In this document: one piece after another, positions 19,679 to 29,155 of the stretch
How positions within the stretch are numbered: position 1 is the first letter of the stretch
Layout of the letters: each line of letters starts with the position of its first letter
Assembly: GCA_964637955.1 (NCBI GenBank)
Contig: CAZWXQ010000001.1
Coordinates: forward strand, 118,993-182,992
Reading direction: 5' to 3'
DNA: 64,000 nt
DNA from: an uncultured Gammaproteobacteria bacterium
GTDB taxonomy: Bacteria > Patescibacteriota > Microgenomatia > Levybacterales > UBA12049
Notes under the pieces: model-generated
Seen by the model: the letters and a program-made list of their open reading frames with translations, nothing else
Database searches by the model: none
What the model was told of the DNA's origin: nothing
Translations under genes and position numbers: made by a program

Positions 19679-22654
19679 TTACCTTATTTCTATATGTCTT
19701 GTAAGGATGTCATTTCTGATTTGATGAATTTTTTTATTTATGGCACTTGTTGGAACTAGTAAAGAATCTGTTGCAGGATCAAAATTAGGACTATCATAAA
19801 ATCCTTCTTCATTTAAGGACTTTTGACTAAAAGATCCACCTTTTGGAGAAATTCTATCAAGCGCGTCAGCATTATAATGCAATATTTTAACTGGCCTGTT
19901 TGGTTCAATCATTACTGCCATTCCACCAGTTACAGCCTGATAACCTAGACCCATTTCAAATGATGATTGTTTTGCTAAAGCAGGTGCAACTGCCATAAGT
20001 TTATGTTGATGAAGTAAAGCTTGAAAATGATGCCAATGTGCAAATAAAGCAATATTTATTTGTTCTGCAGTTAATCCTAAACCTCTTAATAAGTCTATTG
20101 CTTGGTAGACCGGCATGCCAGGAGTTGCCCCCTTGCCACCTTTACCTAAAATTTTATGTTGTCCTGCAACTAGAATTTCACCTACTTTATCTAATGCTAA
20201 ATGTGAATCAAGAAAATCTCCTTCACGTGTTAGAATTCTCTCTGATATAGATACCCTAGGATCATTTCGGTCAACTCCGTACCAATCCCTGAATGACATA
20301 TCTGTTTCTCTTACACCATTTATTCCTGTTTTGTCATAACTACTCCCATCAAACTCGTGATTTCCAACTGCACCAACTATCTTTTCAATAAGTCCTTGAA
20401 TCTGTCTGTGCGAAAGATCAGAAGTGGTACCTTTTAGGACTGCATCAAACATGTCAAATTGATCAGGAACTCTATGTAGACCTAATGCAGGGGCTTCATT
20501 CATGAACTTAGAATAAACTGTTGCCCCGTGAGTTAAATCTCCAAGAGGCATCAATCTTACATGTCCTCTATTTGGTAGGTCTTTAACAACATGTCTAACC
20601 CAGTGAATTCCTCTTCTAAAATCTGTAGTGGGTGAACCAATTTGCCAATCATTTAATGTAGCATAAATCGTTGTTTCTGGAACTGATTCGGATAAAGCTA
20701 ATAATTTTTCGTCAAAAAAACTAACCTCCATTACACCATCCTTAAGAGAAGTCATAATAGCTCCTGGCTCTGAAGGGCGTCCTCTTGTATAAAGTGCTCT
20801 CATTGCTGGGTTTTTACCCGATTGTGCATACATTCCCTGCTGATCTATAACATCTCTACTACTAACCATTCCGGGTAAATCCATAATGGCTCCGTGTCTT
20901 GTTGCAGTTATTATCCCTTCATAATTTCCCGTTCCTACTAATAGATCGGGCACAAGCTCTCCATTAATTACCAATTCTTTAGAAATCATCGTTGGAATTC
21001 TCATGATTTCTTGATGAATAGTTGGGCCATCCATTTTAAATCTATTTCTTACCCACTGAGTAACTTCTGAATCTTTTTTACTTTGCATGCTTATATTTGC
21101 TCCATCAGTAACGGTAAAACTATCCCTTAACCACGGCCCGGGGATATTGTTAACATCTACAATTTGTTGAAATGCTGCAGGAACTATCTCTGCTGGAATG
21201 AAAGCTTCATCTTCTTCATGTGCTTCCCATGCTATACTTAACGCTTGATGTGCTTCCCAAAGCATAAGATACTCTTCCATTCTGATTCCCCCTTTAGTAA
21301 AAGCTTCTACTTCATCAGCAGACTTAAGTCCTCTGCCGTTTCTTAGCATGTATTCAAAAACTACATCATGCTCAAATATTTTATGCATCGGATATTCTCT
21401 ACTTGATTCAATCTTATGAATATCTTCAAAAGTCATATAGCTTCCTTTCTCAGAATCTCTTAATGGATTCGCAGCACTTCTAATTACTTTAACTGCTTCA
21501 ATTGCGCCATCTCTAATATGATTTCTATCGTTAACGCCCATCACGTATATAATTGGAACTCCAATTTCCCTAAGCATTTCGATAAGCTCTTTTGAGGCTC
21601 TAAATTGATCTTCTGAGCTGGAAAGAGAAAGACCTACAGTCGCATCTACGTTTGTATGCTTATGGGTGCCTTCTACAATATTTCCAACTACGATAGCGTC
21701 TGGTCTTTCTTTTTCTGGTAATTCCTTTACTGTTTCAATAACTTGTTTTACGAATCTTGAGTCACTTACTGAGGATCCAGTAATAATCCCATCAAGCCAA
21801 AGTGTTCTATTTTTTTTGCTTGATTTTATCTCTACATCAGGTACTCTGAATCTATCTCTTGATGCATCTTGAGCTGTAATCACATCATCCCAAGATTCAA
21901 TTGGTTTATGAGATGTGCTAAGCGCATCGCTTGAAGCAAATACACCTTTTAGCTCCCAGAAGCCCAACGCATGTCTCTTTTTACCTATAGATGTTAATTT
22001 AATTGTTCCTTTTGCGGTTGTTCTAATATATCCAGTTTCATCAAATGAGCTTATTATTTGAGTAACTAAATCTAATGGTATTTCTCTAAATCTTTCGGAA
22101 ACTGCATCTTTGATTTCATCTGCCGTTTTCGCACCTGAACTCAATTGGTCTTTTATAACAGATCCTACTTTATTGTATATATCCGGAGGAACTATATTTA
22201 TGAGTTCTGCATTTATTCTTGTTTTATCTATAGCTTGATCTTCACCCTCGTGTAAATCATGTTCCTGAGTGCTAGTTCTGATCAAATCAAGCGCAGCATC
22301 AAATGTAGAATTCGAGTCAGATTCTAAAGATTCTTGAGGCATTGAGCCATCAGGTTCAGGGGTTGAAACTGATGGCTCCTCAGTAATTAAAGGTAATTCA
22401 ATTTGTTCTCCTTCGATTATAATCTGTTCAGGATCACCTAAGATTTGACCTTCTAAAACAACTTGAGTAAATGCTGGAAACATTAAATCTGCACCTTCTA
22501 AAGATTCACCAAGCATTAAATATAGGGGATCTGGGTTTAGAGCTAATGGACTTAACATGCTTGAGTCATCGATACCAGTGGTGATTTCAACGGGTGGGGA
22601 AGATGGTATAGTTGCTAAAATTGGATCAATATTGCCTTTATCTCTTTCAGTCAT
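19679..22654 (-). CDS. Large protein with two calcineurin-like metallophosphoesterase domains
   Basis: C-terminal domain NDWQIG, LGDLTHG, GNHE, AHWHH; a degenerate copy upstream (LDGIITG, VGNIVEG, MGVND); acidic N-terminus. Confidence 0.65.
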   Translation of the reverse strand: MTERDKGNIDPILATIPSSPPVEITTGIDDSSMLSPLALNPDPLYLMLGESLEGADLMFPAFTQVVLEGQILGDPEQIIIEGEQIELPLITEEPSVSTPEPDGSMPQESLESDSNSTFDAALDLIRTSTQEHDLHEGEDQAIDKTRINAELINIVPPDIYNKVGSVIKDQLSSGAKTADEIKDAVSERFREIPLDLVTQIISSFDETGYIRTTAKGTIKLTSIGKKRHALGFWELKGVFASSDALSTSHKPIESWDDVITAQDASRDRFRVPDVEIKSSKKNRTLWLDGIITGSSVSDSRFVKQVIETVKELPEKERPDAIVVGNIVEGTHKHTNVDATVGLSLSSSEDQFRASKELIEMLREIGVPIIYVMGVNDRNHIRDGAIEAVKVIRSAANPLRDSEKGSYMTFEDIHKIESSREYPMHKIFEHDVVFEYMLRNGRGLKSADEVEAFTKGGIRMEEYLMLWEAHQALSIAWEAHEEDEAFIPAEIVPAAFQQIVDVNNIPGPWLRDSFTVTDGANISMQSKKDSEVTQWVRNRFKMDGPTIHQEIMRIPTMISKELVINGELVPDLLVGTGNYEGIITATRHGAIMDLPGMVSSRDVIDQQGMYAQSGKNPAMRALYTRGRPSEPGAIMTSLKDGVMEVSFFDEKLLALSESVPETTIYATLNDWQIGSPTTDFRRGIHWVRHVVKDLPNRGHVRLMPLGDLTHGATVYSKFMNEAPALGLHRVPDQFDMFDAVLKGTTSDLSHRQIQGLIEKIVGAVGNHEFDGSSYDKTGINGVRETDMSFRDWYGVDRNDPRVSISERILTREGDFLDSHLALDKVGEILVAGQHKILGKGGKGATPGMPVYQAIDLLRGLGLTAEQINIALFAHWHHFQALLHQHKLMAVAPALAKQSSFEMGLGYQAVTGGMAVMIEPNRPVKILHYNADALDRISPKGGSFSQKSLNEEGFYDSPNFDPATDSLLVPTSAINKKIHQIRNDILTRHIEIR

Positions 22655-22866
22655 TATTTATTTGTGTATATATATATTTCATACAATTTACTTACTTTCT
22701 TTTTACCTAATTCTTACAATTAGTATTGTGATAATATGGTTCCAGTAAGTTAACAAGCAAATATACTACGAGACATATTTATCTTAAGAACATATTTAGA
22801 TTGATATATCAAGCTAAATTAAGGTAATAATATAAATATATATGTATATATATAAATTAATATTTT

Positions 22867-23850
22867 ATGGAAATTAGAAATTTACAGAAGACTGGAGGAG
22901 CAAGTTATACAATAATACTTCCTAAGGACTGGGTTAAATCGCTTAATTTAAATGAAAAAGATAAGGTTGAAATTTTTAAGCAAAAGAAAGACCAATTAGC
23001 AATTAGACCTCAAAGAGAAAAGAGAGAACTGTCTTCAACTATCTACGTAGATTCTTATTCTAAAGAAAGAATTTTAAGAGAAATAATTGCATTATATTTA
23101 TCAGGTGTTATGGAAATTAATGTCAGGAGTCAAATGTATTCAAATGAACTAAGATCAACAATTAGAGAAGTTTCATATAAGTTAGCAGGTTTTGAAATAT
23201 TTGATACTACATCAAATAATCTAATACTTAAGAATGTTGCTGAAAATAGAATTTCAGTTGTTGAGTATATCGGTAAGATGATAAGAATTATCAATTCTAT
23301 GTACGCTGATATGGAGAATGTTCTTTTTGAAAATGATAAATTACTGGCAAAAGATATTATAGATAGAGACGTAGAGGTAGATAGAATCGAATTAATTACT
23401 ATACGTGAATTTAACATATTACTTAATTCCCTTTATCCGTCTGAAAATTCTGACATATTCCTTTTAGAAAAACATTATTATGAACACGTGGCAATAAGGC
23501 TTGAAAGAATTGCAGATCATATAGTTAGAATTGCGATGACTACACTTCAACTAAATAAATCTGAAAAAATTGTTTTAACTAAATCTGAAAAAGACAGAAT
23601 CAAGAGAGTGCATAGATACCTAGATCAAGCAAATCTTATAATTCAAAATCTGGATAGATTAAAAGCACACGATTTACTAGATGAATTAGACCATATAAAT
23701 AAGAACGCATTTATAAATAAAGAAATCTCAAAAAAATCATCTATTAATATATTGATTGAGGATAGTATTGAAAGGATAAGGAGCTATATATCAAATATTG
23801 CAGAAGAAACAATAAATTATGATTCAATTAAGAGAAGTATTGCTTATTAG
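22867..23850 (+). CDS. AbrB-domain PhoU-family phosphate uptake regulator (archaeal-type architecture)
   Basis: RNLQKTGGASYTIILPKDWV; DVEVDR; RLERIADH; IERIRSYISNIAE. Confidence 0.85.
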   Translation: MEIRNLQKTGGASYTIILPKDWVKSLNLNEKDKVEIFKQKKDQLAIRPQREKRELSSTIYVDSYSKERILREIIALYLSGVMEINVRSQMYSNELRSTIREVSYKLAGFEIFDTTSNNLILKNVAENRISVVEYIGKMIRIINSMYADMENVLFENDKLLAKDIIDRDVEVDRIELITIREFNILLNSLYPSENSDIFLLEKHYYEHVAIRLERIADHIVRIAMTTLQLNKSEKIVLTKSEKDRIKRVHRYLDQANLIIQNLDRLKAHDLLDELDHINKNAFINKEISKKSSINILIEDSIERIRSYISNIAEETINYDSIKRSIAY

Positions 23851-23986
23851 AAGCATTATTAGTTAACTTAATTAGTCGCATTACTTGAGTTGTGCGACTC
23901 CATTTTCTGGATAATTAAGTTTGACGAGAAAAGCATTAAGCTAATGTTAATTGTAATAGGATTTTAGTTTAGTTATAATCATTTTT

Positions 23987-24523
23987 ATGAAATGCCCCAA
24001 TTGTGATGGAAATCTAACGCCTAGAACTTTTAATAAAGTAAAAATTGAAGAATGCGAAAAATGTCATGGTCTGTGGTTTGACCATGATGAATTAAAACGA
24101 GCTAAGGATTCAGCCGATGCCGATCTAGCATGGCTTGATTTTGATATTTTTGAAGAAAAAGAAAATAAATACACAAAATCTGAATCACATAGGCATTGCC
24201 CCATTGATTCAACTAAGCTTGATAAGCTCACTTATTCTCATTCAAGTGTAAGTATTGATGCGTGTTCAGATTGTCATGGAATTTTCCTAGATAAAGATGA
24301 ATTTGACAAAATTATTAAGTTTCTTGAAGATGAAGTTGTAGAAAATACTTCTGGAGATTGGGCAAAAGAGGCACTTTCTCAATTCGGTGAAATTTTAGAT
24401 GCGGAAGATATGAAAGCATCAGAGTTTAAAGACCTGTTCACTATATTAAAGCTTGGAGAAACCAGACTCTCTGCAGAGCACGAAAAGATTACGGCAATTC
24501 TTACTTTCTTCCCAATAAGATAA
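23987..24523 (+). CDS. zf-TFIIB Zn-ribbon repeat protein
   Basis: Two units of CPxC...CxxCHGxxxDxxE. Confidence 0.8.
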   Translation: MKCPNCDGNLTPRTFNKVKIEECEKCHGLWFDHDELKRAKDSADADLAWLDFDIFEEKENKYTKSESHRHCPIDSTKLDKLTYSHSSVSIDACSDCHGIFLDKDEFDKIIKFLEDEVVENTSGDWAKEALSQFGEILDAEDMKASEFKDLFTILKLGETRLSAEHEKITAILTFFPIR

Positions 24524-24726
24524 ATTGATTTACTGCGTACCAGATGGAACCCGATTTATTCTTAGAAATCTATAAGCGCTTGCGCCGCTTGCTTCGTTTG
24601 GTGGTACTTCGTCGCTAAACTTTACTTGCTCCTCGCACCATTCCTTTCAGTCTTACTGCGTCGCTGCTGTGCCTTAGATGCACACCACTCCTTGACACAT
24701 TAATTTATTTATGTTCATAATAAGTT

Positions 24727-24954
24727 ATGGACAATAACACAGCACAAACACCAGCACCAGAAGCAGCGTCAGCAGCCCCAGCTGCAACACCTGCTCAGCC
24801 AGCGGCTCCTGTTGCTCCAGCCGGTACACCAGCACCTGCGGCAGCAAAGCCTGCAAAATCAATGAAGAAAATGATTATCACTGTTGTTCTAGTTCTTGCA
24901 ATTCTCGCAGTTCTAGGCGGCGTAGGTTATTTCCTCTTCACTACAATGATGTAA
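24727..24954 (+). CDS. Small Ala/Pro-rich membrane protein
   Basis: Low-complexity PA-rich N-terminus and a C-terminal TM helix; TTGACA promoter at about 24692. Confidence 0.7.
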   Translation: MDNNTAQTPAPEAASAAPAATPAQPAAPVAPAGTPAPAAAKPAKSMKKMIITVVLVLAILAVLGGVGYFLFTTMM

Positions 24955-24965
24955 TCCGTTTAGGA

Positions 24966-25538
24966 TTAAAGTCTACCTGAAATTAAGTCTCTAACATTAT
25001 TAAATCTTTCTTCTTTTGTGCCACTTAGTAGCTCATAAGGAATTTTATATTTAGCAAAAAAATCTAGAAAACCTTGATGAACTTTATTTCTAGTAATTTC
25101 AGATTCTCTTCTTCCTAAGTTTGGTTCAAAGGGTACGCCCTCAGGGTCGAGTAACAATATTTGTTGATATGTAGGAAGCCAAAATTCTACATTTGCCAGT
25201 AATTCTTCTGCGCCTTCTATATCTCCAAATGCAAATAAATGAGCAGGTGAATCTAATACAGATCTGTCACAAATTATCACTTCAGGATTTTTCTCATTTG
25301 CAGATTGTTCTCTTGAGAGAATAATTCCCTGTAGTTCTTTCTGAATGGTTGGCGAAAAAATTAAGTGCTCAGGAAGATTTGGACGGGCTTCAAAATAAGG
25401 TCTTCCTGATTCTTCTATGAAAATTATATTTGGATTATCTAAGTAATGTTCTTTTAGTGCATTAAAAGTTGTGGTTTTCCCAGTACTTGCTGCCCCTACG
25501 AGTGCATATTTATTAAGCATTACTTTTTTTGGACTCAT
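24966..25538 (-). CDS. NadR/Ttd14-like (AAA_28) P-loop kinase/ATPase
   Basis: GAASTGKTT, EESGR, ICDRSVLD, LSGTKEER. Confidence 0.8.
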   Translation of the reverse strand: MSPKKVMLNKYALVGAASTGKTTTFNALKEHYLDNPNIIFIEESGRPYFEARPNLPEHLIFSPTIQKELQGIILSREQSANEKNPEVIICDRSVLDSPAHLFAFGDIEGAEELLANVEFWLPTYQQILLLDPEGVPFEPNLGRRESEITRNKVHQGFLDFFAKYKIPYELLSGTKEERFNNVRDLISGRL

Positions 25539-25540
25539 AA

Positions 25541-27703
25541 TTATCTTCCAAATCTATTAGTTATATCCCTAAGTCTTTTTAATTTGTAAGTTGGTTTTGC
25601 TCCGTAAGGATCAATTTCTTCTTCAGTTATTAAAGCAGTTTTAAGCCCAAGAGCATTTCCTGCAATAATATCGTCTTCCTGTTTATCTCCTACATATAAT
25701 ACCCGATCAGAAGCTGCTATGCCCAGTAGCTCAAGTGCTTTTGCAATTGGTTCAGGATGAGGTTTTCTTCTATCAACGTTATCTCTAGTAATAATTACAT
25801 CAAAATATTTTTCAATATCATATCTTTTCAAACTTCTCATAAGAGAATTTATTCTGCGCGTAGTAACAATTCCCATTTTTTTACCTGATTTTTTGAGTGT
25901 CTCAAGCATTTCTACTGTATCTTCGGAGAGCGTAAAATAATGATCCAGAGTTCCAGAAACTTCTTTATTTACTGCCTCAATTTCTTCTTCGGTAATTGGA
26001 TTTTCAGAGCTTTTTTCAGAGTGCATTCTCGCCATAATTTTAACCATTTCTTTCCAATCACTTCTATTTCCAATTTCTATAATTTCTTCATCGCTGAAAA
26101 ATAGACCCATACGCAAGCTAATCTCTTTCATTCTTGCTGCTAGTTCTTCCTTATCTCCAAACTGGAGAGTGTTATCAAAGTCAAAAAGCACCGCATCAAT
26201 TGCATGCGCATCATCAAGAATTCCTCGTTCAACTTTCTGTCTGAGCTCCCGGTATCTTATAGCAGCTTCCTGGGCATTTTTTGGAGCATCGCCGACATAA
26301 TCTCTTGGTCTTAGGGTAAGTAGAGCCTGTCTTTTTTCGGGATCTTGAATTGTACTCATGACAAGATCTTGATACTGGGTTCTATTGAGACGTTTTCCTT
26401 GTGTTGCATCTTTTATTTGCATGTAACTCCCAGGATTTCCTTCCATCCTAAGCGCTAGTTGAATAGCTTCAGCAAAAATTTCATAATGTCTTTCTAATTC
26501 AGCTTCAGTAATTTCGGTATCAATTCTGACTTGCGCTAAGTCATCTGCAATATAAGCTAGTCCTGCTAGGCTCATTCCAAGCATTTCTCCATAGCCTCTT
26601 TCCCATGCATGATCATGAGAATCTCTTTCCAAATCAGTTTTAATCAGTCCATCAGCTGCGCCATTAATTAAATTTGAACTTTTGTCTAAAGTTCCTCTTC
26701 CTGTTTCGAATCTCCAGGGATTTGGGGCTTTATGTGCCATAACCGAAGAGCCGATCTGACCAGGTCGTGGTGCTAAAAATACATGATCTTGAAGGATATA
26801 AAGTCCTACATTTTCAGCAAGACTTACTGCGATTGTATTCATTGTTTTTATTTGATGAAGGAAATCTACAATATCAATATGATTATTGGTTTGATTTGTT
26901 GTCTCAAGATACGTAAATCCAAACCTTTCGACGAAATCTCTACTAAATGCTCTGTAGTCAAAGTCTGGTGCTAAAACTGAGATTGCATTGTTATTTCCAA
27001 CTGCTCCCGAAAATTTTGCCCCCAATCTAACTTTGCCCATTTCCTCTACTTCCTTCATCATTTTTTCTAAGTGCTCAGAAAATCTTTTTCCATAGGTGGT
27101 TGGAGAAGCAGCTTGATAATGAGTCCTTCCAAGAACGGGAGTATCTTTATGCTCCTCTGCAAGTAAAGCTAATCTATCCATGATTCCTACTGCTTGAGGT
27201 AACCACGCTTCATTTATAGCGTCTCGAAACATGAGGTTAAGTGCAACATTATTTATATCTTCAGAAGTAACTGCAAAATGAATCCATTCCTTCAGATGGC
27301 CATTTCCGCTAGCATCGAATAGCTCTCCTAAGTATAGTTCTACTGATTTAACATCATGTTCAGTTGGATACTTTCTCTGTTCTTCTTCTTGACCATCTTT
27401 TAATCTTCCAATATGGTCATACTCCGTGACAATTTTTGGATCAAATACATCTGGAGAAGTAAGTCCTCGAAGATTTGATTTAGTCATTTCATCTATTTCG
27501 GGTTTTCCTGGGAAATCACTTTCAGATAGCGCAATCAAAGCTTCAACTTCTATAATTGCTCTATATCGGTGGAACGCTCCTTCTGAAAGAATTGGAGCTA
27601 TCTCTCGGGTAAATGGAGCGTCTCTTCCATCAACTGTTGAGACCTGGTCGAGACTTCTGGTATAAATTTCTTCTCTCGCTCTCAGATCTTTCTCTGCTGA
27701 CAT
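25541..27703 (-). CDS. purB: Adenylosuccinate lyase-like domain fused to a HAD hydrolase
   Basis: TEHDVKSVE, HFAVTSEDINN, GRTHYQAASPTT, GAVGN, GSSVMAHK; C-terminal FDFDNTL, IVTT, KPHPEP, VGD...DD. Confidence 0.85.
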   Translation of the reverse strand: MSAEKDLRAREEIYTRSLDQVSTVDGRDAPFTREIAPILSEGAFHRYRAIIEVEALIALSESDFPGKPEIDEMTKSNLRGLTSPDVFDPKIVTEYDHIGRLKDGQEEEQRKYPTEHDVKSVELYLGELFDASGNGHLKEWIHFAVTSEDINNVALNLMFRDAINEAWLPQAVGIMDRLALLAEEHKDTPVLGRTHYQAASPTTYGKRFSEHLEKMMKEVEEMGKVRLGAKFSGAVGNNNAISVLAPDFDYRAFSRDFVERFGFTYLETTNQTNNHIDIVDFLHQIKTMNTIAVSLAENVGLYILQDHVFLAPRPGQIGSSVMAHKAPNPWRFETGRGTLDKSSNLINGAADGLIKTDLERDSHDHAWERGYGEMLGMSLAGLAYIADDLAQVRIDTEITEAELERHYEIFAEAIQLALRMEGNPGSYMQIKDATQGKRLNRTQYQDLVMSTIQDPEKRQALLTLRPRDYVGDAPKNAQEAAIRYRELRQKVERGILDDAHAIDAVLFDFDNTLQFGDKEELAARMKEISLRMGLFFSDEEIIEIGNRSDWKEMVKIMARMHSEKSSENPITEEEIEAVNKEVSGTLDHYFTLSEDTVEMLETLKKSGKKMGIVTTRRINSLMRSLKRYDIEKYFDVIITRDNVDRRKPHPEPIAKALELLGIAASDRVLYVGDKQEDDIIAGNALGLKTALITEEEIDPYGAKPTYKLKRLRDITNRFGR

Positions 27704-27799
27704 ATGAGGCGATTATATTGCTGCTCCAGTCCAAAGTCAACGAATCTCACTAGTATCGCCTTGAGGTTGACCTCGAATTCTGGTATACTTACATTCATT

Positions 27800-29035
27800 A
27801 TGCCAGCAGTACAAAGAAGCGAATTCGCTTTAGCATTAAATCAGGTAGCAAATGAAAGAGGAATTGATCCTACAATCGTTCTTGAAACAGTTCAGAACGC
27901 GATTCTTGCGGCTTATAGAAAAGATCATCCTGAAAGTGAATTAGAAGAATATTCAGCAACTCTTGATCCAAATTCAGGTGAAGCACACATTTGGCATGAT
28001 GGAGAAGATGTAACTCCTCCAGGATTTGGAAGAATCGCAGCTCAAACCGCAAAGCAAGTAATTCTCCAGAAAATCCGCGAAAAGGAAAAAGAAGCCATAA
28101 TCACTGACTATAAAGTTAGAATTGGGACTATCGTAAATGGTATGGTTCTTAGATTTGCTGGACCAAATATTATAGTAGACATAGGAAAAGCTGAAGGGGT
28201 CATGCCTCCAAATGAGCAAATCTCAAATGAAAAGTATCATCTTAATCAAAGATTTTCAGTTTATCTAAAAGAAATTCATGAAGGACCAAAAGGCGAAGAA
28301 GTTTTAGTCTCTCGTGCTGATAATGGTCTTCTTGAAGGGTTACTTAAGCGTGAAGTTCCTGAAGTAGCACAAGGATCAGTTGAGATCAAATCTATTGAAA
28401 GAGAGCCTGGAAATAGAGCAAAGATTGCTGTTTCTTCAACTCAAGCAGGAATTGATCCGGTTGGAAGTTGTGTTGGTCAAAAAGGAGTACGTGTTCAGGC
28501 TATTATTGCTGAATTTAGTGGTATTGAAAAAATTGACATAATTCAGTGGCAAGAAAATCCAAAAGAATATGTAATTCAAGCTCTTTCACCAGCAAAAAAT
28601 ATAACAGTTGAAATAGATGAGAAAGAAAAAACAGCTTTTGTTAAAGTTCCTCAAGAAGAATTATCACTTGCGATTGGAAAAGATGGTCAAAATGTAAGAT
28701 TAGCCTCAAAGCTTACAGGATACAGAATTGAAATTGAAGGATCAGAAGAATTGGTTACTGAAACAGAGGATCATAAAGTAGAAGTTGTAGAGGCTAAAGA
28801 TGAGGTAGAAACACCAGAAGAAAAAATTGAAACTAGTGAAAGTGTTGAAACATCCGAAGATATTAAAACTTCAGAAGTAGTAACTCCGGAGGACGAAGCT
28901 ACAGCAGAAGCTGCAACGGAAATAGTTGAAGCTACAAAAGAATCAGAAGAAGCAGAAACTCCAGCTGAAATTGAAGAGGAAGAATCATTAAATAAACCTC
29001 TTGAGCCTGAAAATCCTGATACTGATGCTAAATAA
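27800..29035 (+). CDS. nusA: Transcription termination factor NusA
   Basis: FGRIAAQTAKQVI, REPGNRAK, GSCVGQKG, LAIGKDGQNVRLA; acidic tail. Start moved to the ATG at 27800. Confidence 0.95.
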   Translation: MPAVQRSEFALALNQVANERGIDPTIVLETVQNAILAAYRKDHPESELEEYSATLDPNSGEAHIWHDGEDVTPPGFGRIAAQTAKQVILQKIREKEKEAIITDYKVRIGTIVNGMVLRFAGPNIIVDIGKAEGVMPPNEQISNEKYHLNQRFSVYLKEIHEGPKGEEVLVSRADNGLLEGLLKREVPEVAQGSVEIKSIEREPGNRAKIAVSSTQAGIDPVGSCVGQKGVRVQAIIAEFSGIEKIDIIQWQENPKEYVIQALSPAKNITVEIDEKEKTAFVKVPQEELSLAIGKDGQNVRLASKLTGYRIEIEGSEELVTETEDHKVEVVEAKDEVETPEEKIETSESVETSEDIKTSEVVTPEDEATAEAATEIVEATKESEEAETPAEIEEEESLNKPLEPENPDTDAK

Positions 29036-29036
29036 T

Positions 29037-29155
29037 ATGAATTTTCAATTTAAAATTTTAAATTTTTAATGAAATCCGAATGTTTAAATTTTTAAAGATT
29101 AATTAATTGGAAATTCAATGAAAATTGATAATTTAAGATTAAAAATTAAACATTT
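29037..29155. repeat. AT-rich quasi-palindromic 7/8-mer repeat tract
   Basis: AATTTTCA/AATTTTAA/AATTTTTA units followed by their complements (TGGAAATT/TGAAAATT/TAAAAATT). Confidence 0.6.

Noticed and set aside
22829-22856. TA-rich palindromic tract upstream of the PhoU-like gene as an operator
   Set aside because: It cannot be told apart from a simple TA microsatellite in an AT-rich spacer.
24952-24968. TAATCCGTTTAGGATTA as a third CCCGTTAG element
   Set aside because: It is only a short hairpin between convergent stops, with no partner end or target duplication.
25541-27703. Z-base (2-aminoadenine) pathway
   Set aside because: No PurZ/PurA, DatZ or MazZ-like gene is nearby; PurB alone is not evidence.
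27704-27799. N-terminal extension of NusA in the ORF track
   Set aside because: It covers the divergent promoter region (TTGACC...TATACT); the NusA-like sequence starts at 27800.
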